Assembly (NCBI GenBank): GCA_016932045.1
Contig: JAFGDO010000001.1
Span: 1,014 to 65,013, forward strand
Direction of reading: 5' to 3'
Origin: Candidatus Dojkabacteria bacterium
GTDB lineage: Bacteria; Patescibacteriota; Dojkabacteria; JAHIVN01
DNA length: 64,000 bases
The notes under the pieces were generated by a model, which was not told the DNA's origin, ran no database searches, and saw only the letters and a list, made by a program, of their open reading frames with translations. Positions within the stretch are counted from its first letter, which is position 1; the number at the start of each line of letters is the position of its first letter. Made by a program: the position numbers and the translations under genes. Of the stretch, positions 9,522 through 18,652 are shown in pieces.

Positions 9522-9921
9522 TATGAATCAAGATAAAATCAAAGAAAAATACAAAAAGGAATTAACACAAGACCAATATAATATATGTTTCCTCAAGGGC
9601 ACAGAAAAACCTGGAAGTGGAAAATACAACAAACACTTTAAAAAAGGAGTTTACAAATGTGTAGTATGTGGTCAAGAACTATTTAGCTCAGATACTAAAT
9701 TTGATTCAAAAACAGGATGGCCAAGTTTTTTTGAACCAGTTAATAAAAAAGCGGTTGAATATAAAAAGGATTCATCTCTAGGATTGGAGAGAACGGAAGT
9801 CGTATGTTCAAATTGTAAAGCCCACCTTGGCCACGTATTCGACGATGGACCCGAACCTAGCGGAAAACGATTCTGCATAAATTCATTGGCATTAAATTTC
9901 AAAAAGGAACCATTTTTTTAA
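9508..9921 (+). CDS. msrB: Peptide-methionine (R)-S-oxide reductase MsrB.
   Basis: CVVCGQELFSSDTKFDSKTGWPSFFEP and CSNCKAHLGHVFDDGPEPSGKRFCINS are the SelR/MsrB signatures (CxxC...CxxC zinc site, catalytic region). Overlaps the upstream gene by 14 nt (operon). Confidence 0.9.
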   Translation: MKINNMNQDKIKEKYKKELTQDQYNICFLKGTEKPGSGKYNKHFKKGVYKCVVCGQELFSSDTKFDSKTGWPSFFEPVNKKAVEYKKDSSLGLERTEVVCSNCKAHLGHVFDDGPEPSGKRFCINSLALNFKKEPFF

Positions 9922-9933
9922 CTTTATTTTATT

Positions 9934-9947
9934 TTTTACATATAAAT
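9934..9947 (+). promoter_or_regulatory. TTTTACATATAAAT promoter-like 14-mer abutting the start codon (leaderless-type).
   Basis: The identical 14-mer recurs at 11864-11877, upstream of another + strand gene. It contains a TATAAAT (-10/TATA-like) element 0-8 nt from ATG. Confidence 0.3.
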
Positions 9948-10418
9948 ATGAAAAAGGTCATCATCATAGTTGTAGTGTTGCTTGTTGTAGGCTTTGCAGT
10001 GTTTTATGTATTGCAACAACAGAAAGAGGAAGAACAAAGCGACACAAAGACTACTCAAAATCAGGAAACTCAAGAGGAAGAATCCGAGGATACTACTACA
10101 GACGGATACATGGATGTATCTGCCAAAGAGGCCGAGGACCTCATTCAAGATAATCCTGATCTAATCATCATCGATGTGTCACCTAACTACGACGAAGGAC
10201 ACCTTCCTGGTGCAGTTAACTATTATGTAGGGGACGGAAGCCTTGATCGAGCGATACCAACGCTTGATAAGAATAGTAAATACCTTGTTTACTGCCACGT
10301 TGATAGTGCTTCAATTTCTGGAGCAAATATCCTGATCAGTGCAGGATTTACAAATGTTTATAGACTTGAAGGCAACTACCAAGCCTGGGTAGATGCAGGT
10401 TATGATATCGAAAAATAG
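9948..10418 (+). CDS. Membrane-anchored rhodanese-domain sulfurtransferase.
   Basis: N-terminal TM, acidic linker, then IIIDVSPNYDEGHLPGAVNYY...YLVYCHVDSASISGANILISAGFTNVYRLEGNYQAWVDAGY. This is a rhodanese fold with the active-site Cys in the CHVDSAS loop. Confidence 0.75.
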   Translation: MKKVIIIVVVLLVVGFAVFYVLQQQKEEEQSDTKTTQNQETQEEESEDTTTDGYMDVSAKEAEDLIQDNPDLIIIDVSPNYDEGHLPGAVNYYVGDGSLDRAIPTLDKNSKYLVYCHVDSASISGANILISAGFTNVYRLEGNYQAWVDAGYDIEK

Positions 10419-10463
10419 AATTATTTACTTATCTGAACTAGTAGAGCCAGAAGAATAATACAT

Positions 10464-11699
10464 TCAATTTACTTTTATTCCTTCTTCGGGTTCAAACTCT
10501 ATAAATTCTATCTTTCCTTTAAATCTTTTTTCGTAGGCTCGCTTCATGTCCTGTTTGAACGATTCAAGACTGCAGCGTTTTACTAAAGCTAAAGCAATGG
10601 CCGAAAAGCCTCCACCCATATTCCTTATCCCAACCACTCCTCCCTGTTTTTTCCCAAATTGATAAAGGAATGTTAGCTCCGGGGTCTTGTCGTCTAAGTT
10701 GTATAATTTAAGTGCACTTAATCCTGACTGTGTGAGCAGCTTTCCGAATCTGTCAATCTGATCTTTCTCCAGTGCTTCAACTGATTCCAAAACCCTATCG
10801 TTTTCATACACTACATGCTCTACTCTTCTTGCCATAGTAGGGTTAAATAGCTTGAGTTTACTTTTGTATTTCCTAAAATCTGAAACTGAAACATCTCGAA
10901 GGCTGGTTATTTTTCTATCTAAGGTTTCTTTCCAAAAAGGAATACTATCTTCACACATTTGTCTTCTTTCAGGATAGCCACTTTTTCCAAGCTGCCTTTT
11001 TACACTCTTATCAACAAGGATGACAAAAACAACATCGTGTTTCTCAAGACTTGAAGGAATTAGCTTAACACTCGATACTGGTAAATCTCCTTTTGACCTA
11101 AAATCCATCAGAACAAATTTTTTCCTCTTGGCAAAAGATATTGTTCCTTGATCAAGAAATCCGCATGGAGATTTTACATATTGATTCTCGGCATTCTGAC
11201 AGATTAATGCTATCTTATATGGATCAATTTTTCTCTTGCACAAACTCAAAAGACCATATGCCATGGCAAGTTCAAATGCAGCTGAACTTGAGACTCCACC
11301 TGATGTTGGAACATCACTATCAATCAATATATCAGCTCCTTTAATTTTGTATCTATTCTTAAGCAAATGTACGACAACACCTTTTGCATAATCAGCCCAA
11401 TCATTCTTCGTGCTTCTTCTTATGTTTTCTTGTATTTTAAATGTGATAGGGGCCTTTGTTGGATAATTTAAAGAATAGATCCTGACGAGTTTATCCTTCC
11501 TCTTTCTAAATGCAGCAATTAATGTTCTTGAAATAGCACATGAGAGTGCAAATCCCTGATTATAGTCAGTATGATTGCCGATGATTTCAGCTCTGCCAGG
11601 GGAAGAAACAATTAAATCCGGATAGATTTTGTAGATCTTATGAAATTTAGAATCTATCTCGTACGCTTTCTCTTTATTGAGATCATTTAACTTTTTCAT
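10464..11699 (-). CDS. GHMP-family sugar kinase, galactokinase-like.
   Basis: GRAEIIGNHTDYNQGFAL matches the galactokinase N-terminal signature GRxNLIGEHxDY. PTSGGVSSSAAFELA is the GHMP ATP-binding motif. Confidence 0.75.
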   Translation of the reverse strand: MKKLNDLNKEKAYEIDSKFHKIYKIYPDLIVSSPGRAEIIGNHTDYNQGFALSCAISRTLIAAFRKRKDKLVRIYSLNYPTKAPITFKIQENIRRSTKNDWADYAKGVVVHLLKNRYKIKGADILIDSDVPTSGGVSSSAAFELAMAYGLLSLCKRKIDPYKIALICQNAENQYVKSPCGFLDQGTISFAKRKKFVLMDFRSKGDLPVSSVKLIPSSLEKHDVVFVILVDKSVKRQLGKSGYPERRQMCEDSIPFWKETLDRKITSLRDVSVSDFRKYKSKLKLFNPTMARRVEHVVYENDRVLESVEALEKDQIDRFGKLLTQSGLSALKLYNLDDKTPELTFLYQFGKKQGGVVGIRNMGGGFSAIALALVKRCSLESFKQDMKRAYEKRFKGKIEFIEFEPEEGIKVN

Positions 11700-11863
11700 A
11701 TATATATAATGAATATAATAATAAATGATTTCAACAATTATACTAGGATAAGCTTTTTTATTGAAGCAGAGATGTATACAAAAAAGCCAATAGTAAAACT
11801 TGACAAAATTAACAAGAGTATTACAATAACTATTGAAATAGTTTAACGAAATTCTGCTCGTTA

Positions 11864-11877
11864 TTTTACATATAAAT
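11864..11877 (+). promoter_or_regulatory. Second copy of the TTTTACATATAAAT promoter-like motif, 8 nt upstream of the ATG at 11886.
   Basis: Exact 14/14 identity with 9934-9947. Confidence 0.3.
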
Positions 11878-11885
11878 TAACTACA

Positions 11886-12839
11886 ATGGACAAAAAAGCA
11901 CTATATATATTTGGAATTCTTATTATTGTATTTTTTTTGCTTAGCATGGAATTCTTTCTTGTTAGAGAGTTTGCCTGTCCAGAATCTAAATTGGAAGACA
12001 AAGAAGTTACTATTCAAGAAAGTGAAGCCCCTAGAGCTCAGGCAATGATGATTCTTATAGAATTCCAGCAGACTGATGGTCTGGTTAACATGGTCAATGA
12101 CATGAAAGAACAGGATATTTATGGCCTACTAATGGTTACTCCAGAATTTGTTGAGGCAAATGCAGAAACAATTAAAAAGGTACTCGAAGTAGGAAACATT
12201 GAAATAGTGCCTACACATGTTAAAGAACCTTTGTGGGATATTCCATATGATAAACAATACGATATCATCTCAGATATGGTTGAGCGTATAGAATCAGCAG
12301 TTGGCATAGAGGCAAGAATCATAAGCTCTAGATATATGGCATCAGATGAAAATACTATAAAGGTAGCAGAAAAATTAGGAATTGAGTACGTAATGGCAAG
12401 AGGAACAACAGAACTTGCGATGACAGTTTATAAACCGGAGGAATATGACGTGAAAGTTCTATCGGTTTCAAATATTGATACTCCTGAGTTCAAATATGGA
12501 AGCTTATGTGATTATAGCTACTATGAGAGAGCCGGCAATCCCGAGGATATGCTCGAGGACCTTCAAAGAGCAGCCGAAGAAGAGAAATTCTTTGGAGTTT
12601 CTCATACATATATAGGCGGGTACAAAGAAAGATGGAATGACATGTGGCATGAATTTTGGAATAATGATCAAGTCGATTGGGTAGAGCTTGATACAATATC
12701 TAATGTCGATAAGAACCTGCCGATGTGGCAAATACCAATAAACAAGAATGCACCATATACGCCTGAGAAAATCAGACCGTTAATACCTTATGAAGAGGAA
12801 GAGAATGTAGATAATCCTTGTACTGTCGAAGACTTGTAA
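11886..12839 (+). CDS. Hypothetical membrane-anchored protein.
   Basis: N-terminal TM (ALYIFGILIIVFFLLSMEFFLV). Acidic soluble domain without recognised motifs. Confidence 0.4.
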   Translation: MDKKALYIFGILIIVFFLLSMEFFLVREFACPESKLEDKEVTIQESEAPRAQAMMILIEFQQTDGLVNMVNDMKEQDIYGLLMVTPEFVEANAETIKKVLEVGNIEIVPTHVKEPLWDIPYDKQYDIISDMVERIESAVGIEARIISSRYMASDENTIKVAEKLGIEYVMARGTTELAMTVYKPEEYDVKVLSVSNIDTPEFKYGSLCDYSYYERAGNPEDMLEDLQRAAEEEKFFGVSHTYIGGYKERWNDMWHEFWNNDQVDWVELDTISNVDKNLPMWQIPINKNAPYTPEKIRPLIPYEEEENVDNPCTVEDL

Positions 12840-12850
12840 AAAGAGATTAA

Positions 12851-13345
12851 ATGAAAAATAAATATATATCCATTACAATAATATCTATATTAATGATCAC
12901 AGGTGCAGGTCTAGCCTCATATTTCATTTTCAGTAATCAAAATAAAACTGAAACCTATACAGCTTCAACAAGCACTGTATCTACTACTACACAAGATAAT
13001 GATACACAAAACAATATTACAGACTCGGAAGGAAATGATGCCCAAACTGCTAGTGAACAAACAATAGTAATGTATCATAACGGCACAGGCCCCATGTGTA
13101 TTGAAGCTTTAGATTTCTTTGAAGAACAGGGAATTGAATTCAAGGAGCATCTCAATACAGAAGAAGGCTTTAAAGATTTACTAAGTTCAGAAAAAGAAAG
13201 GTTTAATGGCGTAAGCGAAGGAGTCTCAGATTCTTTTGGATACTACCCAATTATCATAATTGAAACCAGAGCTTTTTCAGGTTTTGACGATAATGTTAAG
13301 AGTGAGATTCTATCAATATTAAATGCAGCCCCTGCTGAATCCTAA
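12851..13345 (+). CDS. Membrane-anchored/secreted protein with a Thr-rich linker and an ArsC/Spx-like (glutaredoxin-fold) domain.
   Basis: Signal anchor, TASTSTVSTTTQDNDTQNN linker, then IVMYHNGTGPMCIEALDFFEEQGIEFKEH, which resembles the YHNxxC...L..GIE pattern of ArsC/Spx-family thioredoxin folds. Weak call. Confidence 0.35.
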   Translation: MKNKYISITIISILMITGAGLASYFIFSNQNKTETYTASTSTVSTTTQDNDTQNNITDSEGNDAQTASEQTIVMYHNGTGPMCIEALDFFEEQGIEFKEHLNTEEGFKDLLSSEKERFNGVSEGVSDSFGYYPIIIIETRAFSGFDDNVKSEILSILNAAPAES

Positions 13346-15156
13346 AACAACTTTGTAAAAATATTGAGCAGATTATAAACAAGAAATGCCATCACCCAAG
13401 CAACTGCAAATGAGGTAACAATCCTGGCAATCAAAAACTTCCAACTCTTAACCTCATTCTTTATAGCTGAACAGGTTGCTATACACGGTGTATAGAGATT
13501 TGCAAAAACGAGAAATGAAATTGCCTGAAAGGGAGTGAGGGCTCTAAGTAATGCATTTTGCAAACCTCCTTCGCCTACACCAAATAGTACGCCAAAAAGC
13601 CCAATGAATATCTCCTTTGCTAAGAAACCAAAGATAAGCGAAACAGAAAATTCCCAAAAACCAAAACCCAGGGGATTAAATAAAAGAATGATAGAGTTAC
13701 CGATTTGCCCAAGCAGACTGTCGCTTGAACCATACTCAACCCCAAGCGGAAAACTTGAAAGAAACCATATTCCGATGATTGCTAGAAATATGATAGAACC
13801 TGCCTTTTTGATAAATAAAACTGTCTGAGCCCAGGATCTTTTTAGAATATTTTTTATAACTGGCTTTCTATACGGTGGTAGTTCAAGTAATAAAGTTGTA
13901 TCACCTGTTTTATAAACAAATTTTGAAAGTATAACACCAACGACTAACCCGACTAAAATGTTCAATAAATACAAAATAGTAACAACAGAAATACCGATAC
14001 TGGGAAAAAATGTTATTGCCAAATATATATTTAAAGGCAAACAAGCACTACATGGTATAAAGGGAACAAGAAACATAGCTATCAATTTTTCTTTTTTATT
14101 ATGGATTGTACGAGTTGCAAGTACAGCAGAAACGTTACATCCGAAACCAAGTATTAATGGTATAAATGATCGACCTGAGATTCCAATTTTTTCAAACAGT
14201 CGATCAACAAGAACAACCGTACGAGATAAATATCCCGTATCCTCAAACAGGTATATAAAAATATAGAAAATTAGAATTATGGGTGTAAAAGAAAGTACTG
14301 CTCCCAATCCTCCTATGACCCCATCCGTTATGAAGGATCTCAAAATAGGTGAAGGATTAAGAGAAGTGATTATTTCTCCAATCAGAGAAAACAGGTATTC
14401 CACTCCATCAACAAGAGGTAAAGAAATCTTAAAAGTCGCAAGAAACATTAGATACATTAATAAAAGAAGAATTGGAAAGGCTGTAAACTTATTTAGAAAG
14501 ATCGAATCGATCTTATACAAAATTCTTTCTGATTTTGTCTTTACAAGTGGAGTTATACTCTCATTTAGAAATTGCCGAGCTTTCTTGTGATTTATTTCTT
14601 TATCCGGTTTTAGAAATTTGTGAATATACTTGGGGACTTTATAATCTTTTTTACTGATTCTTACGATTTTGTCGATAAGCTCACATTTATTCTCACCTGT
14701 ATGCGCCTCAATATTTACTATAGGAATTTTAAGTATCTTCTCAATCTTCTGATATTCAATTTTTACACCCCTTCTTTTAGCCTCTTTATTGAAATTGAAT
14801 GCTAGTAATAATTTCTTCCCGAGCACAAGAAGTTCCATAGTCAAAAACAAATTCCTTACGAGCGTATTAACATCTACAATTTGAACTACGATATCTAACT
14901 CTCTACTTAACATGAAATTCCTAGCTATTTCTTCCTCTTCTGAAAATGGTGCTATACTGTAAATTCCTGGCAAATCAACAAATCTGATTTCTTTTCCCTT
15001 ATAATTTACTTTTCCCTCGCATTTTTGCACAGTCTTCCCCGGCCAGTTCCCAACGTGATATGATGCCCCAGTTAAACAATTTAAAAGAGAGGTTTTTCCT
15101 GTATTTGGATTTCCAATGAGACCAACAACAATTGTTTTAGTTTTAATATTATTCAC
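13342..15156 (-). CDS. feoB: Ferrous iron transporter FeoB (G-domain plus permease); probable GTG start.
   Basis: GNPNTGKTSLLNCLTG (G1), VDLPGIYS (G3), then multi-TM permease with the conserved gate region. The start codon at 15156 is GTG on the minus strand and overlaps feoA. Confidence 0.9.
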   Translation of the reverse strand: MNNIKTKTIVVGLIGNPNTGKTSLLNCLTGASYHVGNWPGKTVQKCEGKVNYKGKEIRFVDLPGIYSIAPFSEEEEIARNFMLSRELDIVVQIVDVNTLVRNLFLTMELLVLGKKLLLAFNFNKEAKRRGVKIEYQKIEKILKIPIVNIEAHTGENKCELIDKIVRISKKDYKVPKYIHKFLKPDKEINHKKARQFLNESITPLVKTKSERILYKIDSIFLNKFTAFPILLLLMYLMFLATFKISLPLVDGVEYLFSLIGEIITSLNPSPILRSFITDGVIGGLGAVLSFTPIILIFYIFIYLFEDTGYLSRTVVLVDRLFEKIGISGRSFIPLILGFGCNVSAVLATRTIHNKKEKLIAMFLVPFIPCSACLPLNIYLAITFFPSIGISVVTILYLLNILVGLVVGVILSKFVYKTGDTTLLLELPPYRKPVIKNILKRSWAQTVLFIKKAGSIIFLAIIGIWFLSSFPLGVEYGSSDSLLGQIGNSIILLFNPLGFGFWEFSVSLIFGFLAKEIFIGLFGVLFGVGEGGLQNALLRALTPFQAISFLVFANLYTPCIATCSAIKNEVKSWKFLIARIVTSFAVAWVMAFLVYNLLNIFTKLF

Positions 15157-15379
15157 CTTCTACCTTTATCTCGATCTTCTGAGCTAAATTATTCCTTACA
15201 GCAATATATGTATTCATTATCTCATAAATTTTTGGACTTCTCATTGGCGATTCCCTTGTCATTATAATGTCAACTCCCTCAATCAACCCCATACTATGAA
15301 GTCTCTCCCTAATGCTGTGAGGTAAATTTATTTTAACGACTTTTGCTTTTTGATTGCTTTTTAACTCATTTAGATTCAT
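15149..15379 (-). CDS. feoA: FeoA family protein.
   Basis: 76-aa SH3-like FeoA pattern (LxxLKxGQKAxVxxI...RLxxMGLxxGxxI) directly upstream of, and overlapping, feoB. Confidence 0.7.
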   Translation of the reverse strand: MNLNELKSNQKAKVVKINLPHSIRERLHSMGLIEGVDIIMTRESPMRSPKIYEIMNTYIAVRNNLAQKIEIKVEGE

Positions 15380-16254
15380 AATCTTTCCATAAGCTTATTA
15401 TAAATCTTTTGAATTTCATCACAAGCTTTTATATTACTTTCCACAACAGGCCTCAACTCCACAATACTTTTAACAACTTTTTTATCATATGAAATACTTC
15501 CCAGATAATTTTCATCTGCAAACTTCTTAATCTTTACTGAGATCTGTTTATTTAAATCACATTTATTTAAAACTATCCCGTAAGGAATTTCAAAATGTGT
15601 TACTACTGATAAAACTCTCTTAAGATCGGAAAAAGATGAAAGTGAAGGTTCAGCAACAGCTATTATGTAATCAGATCCCTTTATAGAAGCTATGATCGGA
15701 CAGCCAATACCAGCTGCTGCATCTTGAATAATAATCGAATGCTTTTCCTGAATTTGTTTCGCATAAGTTCTGATCTCTACAACTGCTTCTCCTGATTCGG
15801 CTTCCCCAGGTTTTATCTGTCCCTGTATTACTGGAAATCCCCATTTTGTATCAAATCTGGTCAACAAACAGTTTTTTACAGGTTTAAGCTTTATTGCATT
15901 GAATGGACAGACTATCTCGCACAAACCGCAACCTTCGCATTTATAGGATACTAGTCGTACCTCTTTCTTTTTGCTCAGTTCTAAGGCTTGGAAATTGCAA
16001 GCTGATATGCAAGCACCGCACCTTTTACATTTAGTCTTGTCAATAAAGGGTTTACTTGTTGTGCTAATTTCTTTGGAGAACTTTGCATTCTGGGGATTAG
16101 AAGTATCTATGCCCAGCCATAAAGCAAGATTTGGCGCGTCAACATCACAATCTATAGCTACAAGTTCATTATTTTTTGAAAAAAGAATGGCAAGAGACGA
16201 TGCCAGTATACTCTTACCAACACCACCCTTTCCTGAAACAACGGTAATTCGCAT
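15376..16254 (-). CDS. MinD/ParA-superfamily P-loop ATPase with an inserted 2x[4Fe-4S] ferredoxin domain (COG1149-type).
   Basis: Deviant Walker A GKGGVGKS. Two CxxCxxCxxxCP motifs (CKRCGACISACNF; CEGCGLCEIVCPF). Confidence 0.8.
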   Translation of the reverse strand: MRITVVSGKGGVGKSILASSLAILFSKNNELVAIDCDVDAPNLALWLGIDTSNPQNAKFSKEISTTSKPFIDKTKCKRCGACISACNFQALELSKKKEVRLVSYKCEGCGLCEIVCPFNAIKLKPVKNCLLTRFDTKWGFPVIQGQIKPGEAESGEAVVEIRTYAKQIQEKHSIIIQDAAAGIGCPIIASIKGSDYIIAVAEPSLSSFSDLKRVLSVVTHFEIPYGIVLNKCDLNKQISVKIKKFADENYLGSISYDKKVVKSIVELRPVVESNIKACDEIQKIYNKLMERL

Positions 16255-16271
16255 TTCAAATTTATTTTAAA

Positions 16272-17462
16272 TTATCTTCTGCCCCGGACCCTAACCCCTC
16301 TTCTACGTAAGGCTCTTTTAGCATTTTTCCCTATATTCCCGGCTACAACTTCGTCAGCTCCAATAGCTTTAGCAAATCTAACTCCATGCCCTCTTCCTAT
16401 TCTATAATACGGATTCTTTATCTTTTTGCTCAACTTTACCTTTCCTTTCAACTTATCCTCAACTAAATACTCCGGAGCACCAAAGTCATCCACTTGCTTA
16501 TCTTCTCTATAGGGATAGATAGTCCGCCTTCCTTTTTTCCTAATATCAATACTCGGATAAATTTTATTCCCATGCTCAAAAAACTTTTGTACTTTACCTT
16601 CTCTTGACATACGAAATCTCTCATCTGTTCCTTTTACTTGAATTACAACATGTTCTACACTATTTATCTTCTGAATTATTAGCGATTGTAAATCAGAAAT
16701 AATTTGATCCGCTTTCCCTACCTTTACTTCAGATGGAAGAGTAATGGTCAATTCAACAAATATCCTAGCACCTACTTTTCTTGATTTAATCTCAGTTAAA
16801 TTCACCTGTTGTTTTTCGCATATTTTTCTGATCTGATTTTCCACTTCCAGATCAGCAACATCAAGCACGCCCTCTATCACTTCCTTGCCTAATGGTATTA
16901 AGGATAGAATTATATAAATTCCTAAAACCAACGCTACTATACTATCAAGTGCAGGTATATATCTTGCAAAAATAATTCCTAAAAGTACTCCAATAGACGA
17001 AAAAACATCTATCTGAGAATGCTTCCCATCTGTTACTAGAGAGACACTATTCTCTGCCTTACCAGTTTTTATTTTTAAATATGACATAATTCCACACACA
17101 ACCGAAGAAAAAGCCATTATCCCAAAGGCCAAGACATTTACCTGTAGATCAAAATTCTTCTCTAGAAGGCTAACTATTGCATCATAAATAATAGTCATAC
17201 TTGAAATCAGAACCATTAGAAAAACTAGTAAACTTGAGACTGTTTCAGTTCGATAAAGTCCGTAGGGAAATTTTTTTGTTGGAGGTTTCTCTGATAATTT
17301 TACCCCTAGAAATACCAAAAAAGATGATAATATATCTGATAGAGAATCAATTCCCGAGGCAATTATTGAATTACTTTTTGCTACTAATCCTATACCTATC
17401 TTGGATACAGTTAACAACACATTTACAAATGTACTTAGTATAGAGACTTGTTTCCTATTCAC
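16272..17462 (-). CDS. Cation diffusion facilitator (CDF) transporter with a C-terminal extension resembling a NifX/NifB-type FeMo-cofactor-binding domain.
   Basis: Six TM CDF core with SLSDILSS and HSQIDVFSSIG motifs. The C-terminal ~100 aa (GHGVRFAKAIGADEVVAGNIGKNAKRALRRRGVRV) look like the C-terminal half of a Nitro_FeMo-Co domain. Confidence 0.7.
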   Translation of the reverse strand: MNRKQVSILSTFVNVLLTVSKIGIGLVAKSNSIIASGIDSLSDILSSFLVFLGVKLSEKPPTKKFPYGLYRTETVSSLLVFLMVLISSMTIIYDAIVSLLEKNFDLQVNVLAFGIMAFSSVVCGIMSYLKIKTGKAENSVSLVTDGKHSQIDVFSSIGVLLGIIFARYIPALDSIVALVLGIYIILSLIPLGKEVIEGVLDVADLEVENQIRKICEKQQVNLTEIKSRKVGARIFVELTITLPSEVKVGKADQIISDLQSLIIQKINSVEHVVIQVKGTDERFRMSREGKVQKFFEHGNKIYPSIDIRKKGRRTIYPYREDKQVDDFGAPEYLVEDKLKGKVKLSKKIKNPYYRIGRGHGVRFAKAIGADEVVAGNIGKNAKRALRRRGVRVRGRR

Positions 17463-17478
17463 AACGAAAAAAAATTAA

Positions 17479-18315
17479 TTAATCTAATAGATGTATTAAA
17501 GACTCATTATGCAAAAAATTCCCGGATGAATAATCTTTTGCTAACACTTTATTGTAAAGTATTCTTACACTTATCTGCGTTTTATTTTCTCTTGCAATAT
17601 TTATAATTTTTTTCATATCTCCAACGTCATATTGATTTGCTACAACTTCGCTTCTGATTTTCATAACTTTTAAAACTTTTAATATTATATTTAGATCGTG
17701 TGCACCAACAGGTGTCGGTTCTGTAACGGCATACGCTTTCTCAACACCTTCTAAAGCTGCCATTACCGTACAATGCGAACCTGCTGCTGTATCATAAATT
17801 ATCAAATCAAAATTATGCATCATGGTTTCAACAAATTGTTTTGTTTCCTTTACTACAGGACTCGTTTCTCTTATTCCTGGTTTACTTATACCTGTTACTA
17901 AAGTAAAATTATTCTTGATTTCATTTAAATATATCTCCCCATTCTCTACTTTTTTCTTTATTATTGCCTTTTCTGGACATATTGTCCAACATACACCGCA
18001 AGAGGAGCACAGCTCTTCGTTTATTTGCGGGAATTTCCCTTTAGGTTGGAATATTGCATTTGATCTACAGCTTTTCACACACATGCCACACTTGGTGCAC
18101 TTGCTTTTCAATATTTCCGGATAATATGTGTAAGTCTTCTTTAAAGAATCTTCTAGTTTCTTAATACCAAGAATGATATAGTCATTAGGACACTCAACAT
18201 CACAATCAACTAAAAGTACTTTTTTTCTCCTAGAAATTTCCTTAAGTGCAAATAGGATAGAAAAGGTAGATTTTCCTGTTCCTCCTTTCCCCCCGGTAAC
18301 TGCTATTTTTTTCAC
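17479..18315 (-). CDS. Second MinD/ParA-like P-loop ATPase with 2x[4Fe-4S] ferredoxin insert (COG1149 paralog).
   Basis: GGKGGTGKST Walker A. CTKCGMCVKSCRSNAI and CSSCGVCWTICPEKAI ferredoxin motifs. Confidence 0.8.
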   Translation of the reverse strand: MKKIAVTGGKGGTGKSTFSILFALKEISRRKKVLLVDCDVECPNDYIILGIKKLEDSLKKTYTYYPEILKSKCTKCGMCVKSCRSNAIFQPKGKFPQINEELCSSCGVCWTICPEKAIIKKKVENGEIYLNEIKNNFTLVTGISKPGIRETSPVVKETKQFVETMMHNFDLIIYDTAAGSHCTVMAALEGVEKAYAVTEPTPVGAHDLNIILKVLKVMKIRSEVVANQYDVGDMKKIINIARENKTQISVRILYNKVLAKDYSSGNFLHNESLIHLLD

Positions 18316-18623
18316 TTTTGAATATCTTTAAGAATATCTTTTATAGTTTGATTTTTTACTAACTCTATTTTGATGTTTCCTTGTGTGACTGCCTGTTGTG
18401 TATTGGGACCAATATTTACACAATACACTTTTTCCACTTTATTATCTAGAAGAGTCTGTGCCGCAGCAATTCCTGCCCCACGTTGCTGAGAAGCTCCCGG
18501 ATTTTCTATAAATGTAAGATTCTCAGCTAAAGTGTCATATACAGCAAAGAAATTACACCTGCCAAAAACCTCAGACACCTCTGCATTCTCGCCTTTTTCG
18601 TCAACACAAATAGCTAATTTCAT
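18312..18623 (-). CDS. NifX/NifB-like dinitrogenase FeMo-cofactor-binding domain protein.
   Basis: MKLAICVDEKG...VSEVFGRCNFFAVYD...GAGIAAAQTLLDNKVEKVYCVNIGPNTQQAVTQGNIKI matches the Nitro_FeMo-Co fold pattern (FGRxPYFxIYD...GxGxxAAxxL...GVxVV...GIG..A...L...GI.V). Overlaps the upstream ATPase by 4 nt. Confidence 0.7.
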   Translation of the reverse strand: MKLAICVDEKGENAEVSEVFGRCNFFAVYDTLAENLTFIENPGASQQRGAGIAAAQTLLDNKVEKVYCVNIGPNTQQAVTQGNIKIELVKNQTIKDILKDIQK

Positions 18624-18652
18624 AACTTTAACAGTAAAAAGTTAAATAAAGA

